A stretch of DNA of 64,000 bases, from assembly GCA_051599415.1 (NCBI GenBank), contig AP039690.1:558001-622000 (forward strand), read 5' to 3'. Within the stretch, counting starts at the first letter, position 1, and every line of letters begins with the position of its first letter. This document shows positions 21,380-29,318 of this stretch, piece after piece. Under the pieces are notes generated by a model that was not told where the DNA came from, ran no database searches, and worked only from the letters and a program-made list of their open reading frames with translations. The DNA comes from Savitreella phatthalungensis (lineage: Eukaryota). A program made the translations under genes and the position numbers.

Positions 21380-21816
21380 AACGTCACAGACACAATTGTT
21401 CCCTAGCAACGTGTCGCAGAGGACGACCACAGGATCCAAGAGCAACAGACAAAGCAACAGGGACACAAATCAGACAACACAGGACATCACAGACAGAGTT
21501 CACCCAGGAACATGGAGAGCTACGACCAGTATGCATCAGTACAAACAGACATGGAAGGACTACAGAGGGCAGTCTAGGCGGTGGTGCCTACCATGCTATA
21601 GCTGACACATATCACAACTCTGCTGATGTGGCAGGTTGATAGGGGTACAAGAGGATGCAGCACGCTGCATGGAGACAGTGTGCCAGATATCACCAACACC
21701 AGGACCTAGCACAGAACAATACTAGTTGACAACTTGATACTATTTGACAGCTCCACACAGGGCAGCTATCTTGTCATATGCAGGCTAAGTGGTTACAGGA
21801 GCGATGGTGCTGTGTA
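21380..21816 (-). mobile_element. MITE-like element copy B (inverted, near full length, CpG-depleted)
   Basis: Reverse complement aligns to copy E; ends ...GTGCTGTGTA (degenerate TIR); small internal duplication ATACTAGTTGACA/ATACTATTTGACA. Confidence 0.8.
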
Positions 21817-21858
21817 CAGAGTGTAGACAAATGAACTGACAACCTAGTTGTTGCAACA

Positions 21859-22217
21859 CAATCACTCAATCGGTCTATGTATGATAAGATAGTAAACCTG
21901 TATGGAGCTGTCAAATAGTATTGTTTTGTGCTAGGTCCTGGTGTTAGGTGTAATCCAGCACGCCGTCTCCACACAGCGTGCTGCATCTTATTGTACCTGG
22001 ACCGACCTGCCACATCAGCAGAGTCGTGGTATGTATCAGTTATAGTACAGTCAGCGTCACTGCCTAGACTGCCTTTTGTAGTCCTTCTGTGTCTGTTTGT
22101 ATTTGTTTGTGTCTCTCCGTGTTCCTTGATAGACTCCATCTGTGTCCTTCTATGTTGTCTGGTCTGTGTCCGTGTTGCTTTGTCTGTCGCTCCCGGCTGC
22201 GATCGTCCTCCGCGACA
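21859..22217 (+). mobile_element. MITE-like element copy C (ends eroded)
   Basis: 21900-22003 is identical to copy A 20599-20702 (104 bp); the rest is colinear. Confidence 0.8.
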
Positions 22218-22234
22218 TCTAGGTCCTATCTTGC

Positions 22235-22467
22235 AACTTGCCACGTCAGCAGAGTCAAGGCATATGTCAGCTATAGCATCGGTATAGATTGGTCCAGTCA
22301 ACGACCTAATTTGTTGTAGTTCTCCATGTTGAGTTTGAGTCGGTCCATGTGCGTTTGTGCCTGTTTGTATCACTTACTGAGCTTCGTGTAGGTCCCCCTG
22401 TGTCGCCTGTTTTCTGCTCGATCGCTTTGGCTGACGCTCTCAGGTGCTAATATTGTCCACCGCAACA
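22235..22467 (+). mobile_element. MITE-like element copy D (3' half, diverged)
   Basis: Shares TGCCACGTCAGCAGAGT...TCAGCTATAGCAT and the CCTGTGTCG...CCGCAACA end with the other copies. Confidence 0.65.
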
Positions 22468-22552
22468 AATGCCCCTTTCAACAGTACGGGGCTAACATCT
22501 TGTCATACATGTCGCGGCCGGTCGATGGCCCAGGTCGATCGTATACGGTTCG

Positions 22553-22975
22553 TACACAACGCCGTCACTTCCGCAATCACTCGGTCTACGTATGACAAGA
22601 TAGTAGCCCCGTATGGAGCTGTTGAATAGTATCGTTCTGTGCTAGGTCCTGGTATTGGTGATATCTGGCACACTGTCTCCATACGGCGTGTCGCGTCCTC
22701 TTGTACTCCCCCTACCGACCTGCCACGTCAGCAGAGTTGTGATATGTGTCAGATATAGCATGGTCAGTGCCACCGCCTAGGCCGTCTCTTGTAGTCCCTC
22801 CGTGTCTGTTCGTGCTCGTTCGTGTCTCTCCGTGATCCTCGGTGGATTCCGTCTATGTCCTCCTGTGTCGTCTGTCTCGTGTCCGTGTCGCTTCGTCCGT
22901 TGCTCTGGGGTCCTGCGGCTGTCCTCCGCGACAACACATAGTACTAGGGAATTGTGGGAGTGACAGCGTTGTGTA
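22553..22975 (+). mobile_element. MITE-like element copy E (full length, 423 bp including flanking TA, both TIRs)
   Basis: TA-CACAACGCCGTCACT ... AGTGACAGCGTTGTG-TA; non-coding; retains the most CpGs. Confidence 0.82.
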
Positions 22976-23098
22976 TAGATTTATATACAAGCAGTTCTGA
23001 CAACTAGAGCGATCTCGACAGCACTTCTACGAATAAAGCAATCGTCGACAAGGTATCGCCCCACACTCAGACGGCATGGTTGGGCGGTATGTCTAGAG

Positions 23099-24520
23099 TC
23101 ACAAGAATCGCATGCCGCTTGTGATGTCGCCGCGCTGAGCATGGCGGTAGTCGGAGAAGTAGTTCGAACGGGCCTGAAATGGTCCTGAACGTGTAGCCTT
23201 TGGAAGAACGCTTGCGCCCTTTTGGACATAAGTCGAATTCAGGTTGAAGACATTAACGCTGTCCAACTTCTGCGACTCATCTATTTTCGCCACACAAATC
23301 CTTTGACCTCGCTGCTCTAGTTCGCGTATCAAACGGGTAACGACAATAGCTGTGCAGTCTGCACCCAGGGTCCAGGAAGCATTTGTGTAGCCAACGACGA
23401 GGGCGTGATTCGGAATATCCGATAGCATCAGCCCGCGCCAGACGTACTTGTCCGGAACGTTTTGCCGTTGGCCATCGACATAAATAGCTGCGCCTCCAGC
23501 AATTTGAATGCGCAGGCCCGTGGCAGTTACGATGATATCAGCATCAATAGTCTGCCCGCTCTCGAGTTTGACACTTGACTCCGTGACCTCGAGAATTTTG
23601 CCGGTTGCGACATCGGCCTTTCCATTACGTAAAGCTTCAAAGAAATCGCCGTCTGGCGACATACACAGACGCTGCTCCCAAGGTCCATAGGATGGAACAA
23701 AGTGCGGATCATGCGGTACAGACGCGGGCAGGTGCTTGAGCGTCTCACCGCGAATGACTTTCCGAGCAGCGTTTGGGAATGTTCGGCAGAATTTGAAGAA
23801 GATGAATGGCAGGATGAGATAGCGAAGGTAGTCGAAACCGAATTGAACGAATTTTGGAAAGAACCATGGCAACTTTGTCTTCGCATTCGGTAGTGTCAAC
23901 ACATATCCTGGAGAGCGCTGCAGCATTGTTACATGCTTTGCCTCCTGAGCCATGTTGGGTAGAAGTGTGACAGCAGTGGCACCACTTCCAATAATGCACA
24001 CAGACTTGTTCTTGTAGTCGAGATTTTCAGGCCAAAATTGCGGATGAATCACCTGGCCCTTGAAGCGCTCGATGCCAGGGATCACAGCGTCCATTGGCTT
24101 GTCATAGTCATAATAGCCGGTGCCGAGGATGACGAAGCGAGCACGATAGGTAGACTTTTGAGTCTTCACAGTCCACGCCGCAGCGCTCGTGGCGAAGTCC
24201 AGGCGCTCTACCTTTTCGCCATAGCGGATGTGCTCGTCAATTCCGTGTTCCTCTGCAGATTCTCGCAAGTAAGTCACAATCTGCTCACCGGATGCGAAGC
24301 GAGTGCTGCCTTCCCAAGGCCGCCAGGCGAATCCAAATGTGAATAGATCAGAGTCAGAACGGATGCCGGGGTACTTAAAGAGTGCCCATGTGCCTCCGAG
24401 CACATCTCTCGCCTCGACGATGATATACTTGCAGCCTGGAAGGCGTTCCTGAAGACGATAGGCCGCGTTGATGCCAGAAATGCCTGCACCAACGATCAAG
24501 ACGTCGTACTCTGCGGTCAT
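23099..24520 (-). CDS. Baeyer-Villiger/flavin monooxygenase, EthA-like
   Basis: GAGISG, GGTW.LF.YPGIRSDSD, BVMO fingerprint FKGQVIHPQFWP, GSGATA and GYTNASWTL. Confidence 0.93.
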   Translation of the reverse strand: MTAEYDVLIVGAGISGINAAYRLQERLPGCKYIIVEARDVLGGTWALFKYPGIRSDSDLFTFGFAWRPWEGSTRFASGEQIVTYLRESAEEHGIDEHIRYGEKVERLDFATSAAAWTVKTQKSTYRARFVILGTGYYDYDKPMDAVIPGIERFKGQVIHPQFWPENLDYKNKSVCIIGSGATAVTLLPNMAQEAKHVTMLQRSPGYVLTLPNAKTKLPWFFPKFVQFGFDYLRYLILPFIFFKFCRTFPNAARKVIRGETLKHLPASVPHDPHFVPSYGPWEQRLCMSPDGDFFEALRNGKADVATGKILEVTESSVKLESGQTIDADIIVTATGLRIQIAGGAAIYVDGQRQNVPDKYVWRGLMLSDIPNHALVVGYTNASWTLGADCTAIVVTRLIRELEQRGQRICVAKIDESQKLDSVNVFNLNSTYVQKGASVLPKATRSGPFQARSNYFSDYRHAQRGDITSGMRFL

Positions 24521-25546
24521 GGTCAGGTTTCGCGGTGTTTGTCAATGATTGTATGATCGAGTACATGACCGCCTGCAGCCTTCAAATACTGGAACCCGCA
24601 CTGCCCGGCAGCTGGAATTTTGGGATGTGCGCCGAGAAAGGGTGGAGAATCAGAGATTGGCGGCACCGATTGAGCAAATAGTATGTCTGGCCACCGTTTT
24701 CAGATTCACATATCGGCACCACCGGTTTCGATCACATGGAAAATTTCTGGGGAAATTACCCGTGCGAGTAAGCAAAGCTCGGCAAGACGACTATAGTCGA
24801 CCCCATCCTGATTGATTCCTTTCAAGCAATGCAATTTTGGCGAGCAGCATATCTCAAATTCCTTGTTATAGTTTCAGGATGCTGTTGTTGCATGTGATGA
24901 GTCAAGTTTCAGCGATCCGAGCTTGTTACATTGAGCAAATATGCTACTACCGTCCTTATGACATCCGAGATTCTGCTCTATAAGCCATGTCGACTCGCTG
25001 ATTGTGTCGCAATGATCTGAACGAGCGGCGATGCTACTTCTGCACTGATCATTTCCTGTCACATTTGGGACGTAGTGCTTTCCGGTCGTGTGCGGGCAGC
25101 ACCTTCTCTGCGAGTCTGCACGCCTTTTCACTTTGCGCAGACCGAGCGAGGTCCAGAAATCAGCTATCCTAAACAGTGTAGGCGGCGTAACATGATGCAT
25201 CGCCGAGCTGATATTGAGGCCCGGCTAGTAGATTTCAGTGGAGCCCAGTCTAGGTAGCATCCTGGGCAACTAATCTGAATATCTGGTCCCGCTCACATTG
25301 GCAAAAGCAACCTATCAAAAAGCCCTGAGAACATGATACTTTCCGCATTGGGATCACCTTGCCTTCGTCTGGCAACGCGCCGAGCTTACCGTGAGTGTCT
25401 AGCATTGATCATGCTGGAGCATACGAGAGACACTCCAAGCGCGAACACGACGCCGCAAGACAAGTCTTTCTGAAGCGCTAGCCTGCGCTTGTGAAGAGTC
25501 AAACCTGCGGCTGTTCTCGAAGTCCGGGTGATACTCTGTCGTTCAA

Positions 25547-26551
25547 ATGACGGCATTACCTGGCGCCGTCCCCTCGTCTGATGAAGGAGATGGTCTATTG
25601 ACGCTTGCTCAAGCGCAATCCATTAATACCATCGGCATCGCTGTCGCAGGCGTCAGCTTGCTCACGAGTTTCGCGACTTGTGCAGTGGCTCTTTATTACT
25701 TCAGAAGCGCCCGCTATCGACCGCTTTTCTCAGCCTTTCCGACCCGAATGCTGTACCTTGCTCTAATTCTCTCGATTCCATTCAGCGTCTTCTGGCTGCT
25801 CTCATGTGTGCGCGGAGCTTCAGCCGTTGAGCCCCTATGTCAGCTTGATATGTGGGGAATCGTGTTTTTCTGGCACATGGTGAACGGCTTGCTATTTGTC
25901 GTCCTCGTTGACTGCGCTGCTGTCATCTTTAAGGGCTATTCGATCGTCCAGCGACGAGGCAAAGTAATGACTGCCTGTCTGGTGGTGATCGCGCTTGTAC
26001 TCAGCCTGACGGGAATTTGGCTCGACCGTTATGGATACATCGAGAATCTGGATACCTGCTGGTTCAGATATCCAACGAGCGCGCCGGACGCCTCGAATGA
26101 CCTACGCGCATTTCGATTCGAAATGATTGTTCTCCTAGGACCTACGTATGCCTTTCTTCTTTTGGAGATAGGCTTCTTCTTCGTCATTCTATGGAAGCTC
26201 TTGCGCTCCGCGACGCTTAAGAAAAGGAAAATGACGTCAATGGAAGATGGCTATAGTAATGGAAGCCTGGAAGGTGGTTTGGCGAAAACCACGTCACACA
26301 TCAATCGCCTGATTTTACGTCTTTCCGCGAGCCCTTTCCTCCTCTTTCTGCACTCCCTAATGATCATCGGCGCCGACCTGCCGATACAGTACGAGCACGC
26401 GAGTGCTCAATATGCCAGTTACTTCTTCGGTACTTTTGGCTTCGCGAGTCTTGGACTTCTACTTTCATTCTGCGCTCTTTTCGTTGATATTGCACTGTCT
26501 CGGGCAATCATGCTGACTTGGTCCAAACCTCCAGCGAGCTTCGAAACCTAG
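25547..26551 (+). CDS. Seven-TM GPCR-like membrane protein (cAMP-receptor/Git3-like class)
   Basis: About seven hydrophobic segments; Cys before TM3 (LCQ) and CWF in the presumed ECL2; basic third intracellular loop. Confidence 0.65.
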   Translation: MTALPGAVPSSDEGDGLLTLAQAQSINTIGIAVAGVSLLTSFATCAVALYYFRSARYRPLFSAFPTRMLYLALILSIPFSVFWLLSCVRGASAVEPLCQLDMWGIVFFWHMVNGLLFVVLVDCAAVIFKGYSIVQRRGKVMTACLVVIALVLSLTGIWLDRYGYIENLDTCWFRYPTSAPDASNDLRAFRFEMIVLLGPTYAFLLLEIGFFFVILWKLLRSATLKKRKMTSMEDGYSNGSLEGGLAKTTSHINRLILRLSASPFLLFLHSLMIIGADLPIQYEHASAQYASYFFGTFGFASLGLLLSFCALFVDIALSRAIMLTWSKPPASFET

Positions 26552-27408
26552 TTCGGGCAATTGAAACGCTTTCCTGGCGAATCCCCAAAGGAAGAAGTAT
26601 GTCGACCATTCCGAATTAGTGAACTCGGCATTCCAGGCATTTGCAGCATGAATTCGGGCGTCTGCCCATAAATCCAATCCCAGGATAACAGCTTTTGAAG
26701 AGTTAGGCCCAGGTCGTGCAGGAGTTCTTCGTCAGGGCTGATTTGTATCAAGCGAGCTCCAAGGTGCTTGACGAGAGCTTTCATGAAAACGTCTTGGTCG
26801 ACATCAACATTTGCAACGGCGCTGCGAACACTGCCAACGCCTTTGGCGTCGAGGATCTTACCGCGCAGCATGGCGGGTTGCAGAGAATCCCTGACAGATG
26901 CGATGTCACTGTTTAGCAGCAGCGTTCCATGTGCATAAGCGCGATCCTTCGAGATCTTGAACGCGCTGCCTGAACATTTGTAGGACATTTTGCCCTTGCG
27001 GACAATCAGATCATGCCTTTCGTTGACATATGTAGCGCGATCGAGGCCGTTCAATACATCAGAGACCTGCTGAATGGCGAAGCGCCGATCAAAGGATTGC
27101 CGGTCAGTGTAGTAGACATAATTCAGATTGCCTAGGTCATGATAGACCGCACCTCCACCCGAAAAGCGACGCATCAGCTGAATGCTGCTCCTCGCCAATT
27201 TCCGAGGATCGCATTCTAGCCAAGGATTCTGATTGCGTCCTATGATGACGCTCGGCCGATTGCAGTAGAAGAGGAATGCTTTGCGGCCAGACAAGCGATT
27301 GAAGAGAGCGTCCTCCAAAGCAAGATTGAAGGCGCTATCATGAGACGACGATATAAAAGCCGTGACGCTCTCGGATTCGAGACTTTCGAGCAATCGGGCT
27401 ACTCTCAT
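26548..27408 (-). CDS. AIM22: Lipoate-protein ligase A (Aim22/Lip3-like)
   Basis: FNLALEDALF, N.PSVIIGRNQNPW.E, RR.SGGGAVYHDLGN.N, K.SGSAFK, HGTLL, SVRS.V.N and W.YGQTP.F. Confidence 0.9.
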   Translation of the reverse strand: MRVARLLESLESESVTAFISSSHDSAFNLALEDALFNRLSGRKAFLFYCNRPSVIIGRNQNPWLECDPRKLARSSIQLMRRFSGGGAVYHDLGNLNYVYYTDRQSFDRRFAIQQVSDVLNGLDRATYVNERHDLIVRKGKMSYKCSGSAFKISKDRAYAHGTLLLNSDIASVRDSLQPAMLRGKILDAKGVGSVRSAVANVDVDQDVFMKALVKHLGARLIQISPDEELLHDLGLTLQKLLSWDWIYGQTPEFMLQMPGMPSSLIRNGRHTSSFGDSPGKRFNCPN

Positions 27409-27652
27409 CGCACACTCATTGTCACCTATTGTCCACAATCACAGACGACGACGAGTGAAAGATAGCATATCTCTATGAAATCAAACAAGTGCTGGACGGT
27501 TTTTGTGCAGGTCTTGCAGGCGAATTAAATGCACGTGCGTACCGCTATATGTGCCCTGCACGATGCCTGAATGATAGTGAGACTCAATGCTAATATGCCT
27601 TCCTCTCTGGAACCGCGGCAGCATCGGACACCCTGACAAAGCTGCGGGTTGC

Positions 27653-29089
27653 TCACAAGCCGAGCATGTCTGCCACCCCAGCGACGTTTGAATTAGATTC
27701 CTTGCTGAGCTGCTCCAAGAACTGGTAAATAATTGTCGTGCAAAGCAGAACCGCAGTGCCGGATCCAAGAGCTCCAAGCAGGTCAGAACAGATCGCTAGC
27801 ACACCGATAGTGGCACCAGAGAGCCAGGCTGCTGTCGGGATGACTCGCTTGAGCTCTTTGTACATACTTTGTTCGCGGTGACCGGCCATGACCATCTGTT
27901 GTTCCTTTAATTGCTTAGCCACATCGCGTGGACTCGAGCCAGAAACATCAATCCAGAGCTTGGAGAACGTAGCACACGCAAGAACGATGAAGGAAACGTA
28001 AGAAAGTGTGTGGACTGGGTCGAGCAAGACTTCTTTGATGTTAGCCGGAGCAGAGATGTAGTAAGCTAAGCCTGAGGTTGCCCGGACCTGCCCTGTTCCT
28101 TCGACACCTTCCCAGACACCGAGAAGATTGACGAGCAGGTTTTTCGGAAAGCGATTGTAGAGCATCTGAGAGATCAGGAAGACATTCGAGGTCAAAGCTG
28201 ATTCCAGCATTATGGGCATGTTGGAGGTGTAGAACAGCTTGACAGGGAACGTGCCACGCTGACCGCGAAATTTCGCAGACTTGACAGGAATCTCGACCCG
28301 GAAGCCCTGTAAATAGACGACAACGCCGAAGATAATGATGGTCGCAATTAGCTGGGAAAGATTTGGGAGGTTGCTGCGAAAGAATGCCTCGCGCAATGCC
28401 TGCAATTTGTTGCTGCGCGTAAACAGGAGATGGAAAAAGGCGATCACAGCACCTTCGAATTGCGACCCACGCCCAGTATTGATCGTGACCGGACTGAACG
28501 ACTTCCAAATGATGCTTTCGCAAATGTTGGTGGCGATGAACAGCGAAATACCAGAGCCCAGACCGTAGCCTTTGGTCAGAAGTTCATCAAGGAGAATCAC
28601 AATCATAGCAGCCGTGATCAGCTGAAGGCACAGCAGTAGACAGACACCCCAGCCGAGATCGCTCGGTTGTCCATAGCTGCCACTAAGAACAAAGACGATC
28701 GCCTGGCCAATCGAGATGATGAGAGCGAGAACCTTTTGCATCGTCTGAAAGAGCTCCCGGTCAGATTTCAAATCAAGATTTACATCGATGAGTTGTGAGC
28801 CGGCCAGCAGCTGAACAAACATGCCGGAGGTAATGATCGGACTAATGCCGAGCTCCATCAGAGTGCCTCGGTTGGATGCTAGAATCATGCGTAGGATGAA
28901 CAATGGGTCTGAAGAATCGGACGAGACGATTCCGTACAGGGGTACTTGACTCATGACGAGGAAGATGAGCAAAGTGATGGCCGTCCATCCGATCTTCTGA
29001 TTAAAGGGCACCTTCCGCTCGGGCGAGATGATCTCGGGCAAGAAGGCCGCGAATGGCTTGACTAAATCAAGCACGCGAAGTGAACTCAT
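27653..29089 (-). CDS. SEC61: Protein translocon subunit Sec61 alpha
   Basis: [56 protein letters not shown] and [16 protein letters not shown]; intronless. Confidence 0.98.
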   Translation of the reverse strand: MSSLRVLDLVKPFAAFLPEIISPERKVPFNQKIGWTAITLLIFLVMSQVPLYGIVSSDSSDPLFILRMILASNRGTLMELGISPIITSGMFVQLLAGSQLIDVNLDLKSDRELFQTMQKVLALIISIGQAIVFVLSGSYGQPSDLGWGVCLLLCLQLITAAMIVILLDELLTKGYGLGSGISLFIATNICESIIWKSFSPVTINTGRGSQFEGAVIAFFHLLFTRSNKLQALREAFFRSNLPNLSQLIATIIIFGVVVYLQGFRVEIPVKSAKFRGQRGTFPVKLFYTSNMPIMLESALTSNVFLISQMLYNRFPKNLLVNLLGVWEGVEGTGQVRATSGLAYYISAPANIKEVLLDPVHTLSYVSFIVLACATFSKLWIDVSGSSPRDVAKQLKEQQMVMAGHREQSMYKELKRVIPTAAWLSGATIGVLAICSDLLGALGSGTAVLLCTTIIYQFLEQLSKESNSNVAGVADMLGL

Positions 29090-29318
29090 GCTGCTGAAGT
29101 TTGTGGGCAACAACGGCTACAATTTCGGACAGTCTTATATCCTTTCGCGCGATAGCAGCCGCGATGCGTAGGCGCGACATGGAGCGACACGACACGAGAC
29201 GGTACAAATCACGTGATTTGTAAATTGGAAATTTGGAATTATATGCAGACCAACGATTTCTCACTTGTTTGTGGCGCTAGAGAACATGGTGCGCTGCTGC
29301 TGTCGTCCCAGCAATAGA

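Noticed and set aside
20530..22629. ORFs inside the repeat copies (20530-20919, 21774-22373 and others) sharing peptide blocks
   Set aside because: The similarity simply reflects the DNA repeat; frames are not preserved across copies and no transposase motifs are seen.
20541..22975. CRISPR array or LTR retrotransposon interpretation of the repeat island
   Set aside because: Units are ~400 bp, in mixed orientation, without regular spacers, in a eukaryote; there is no gag/pol between direct copies.
7683..24520. Secondary-metabolite cluster (methyltransferase, TF, monooxygenase)
   Set aside because: No PKS, NRPS or terpene backbone gene, and the genes are interspersed with housekeeping genes.
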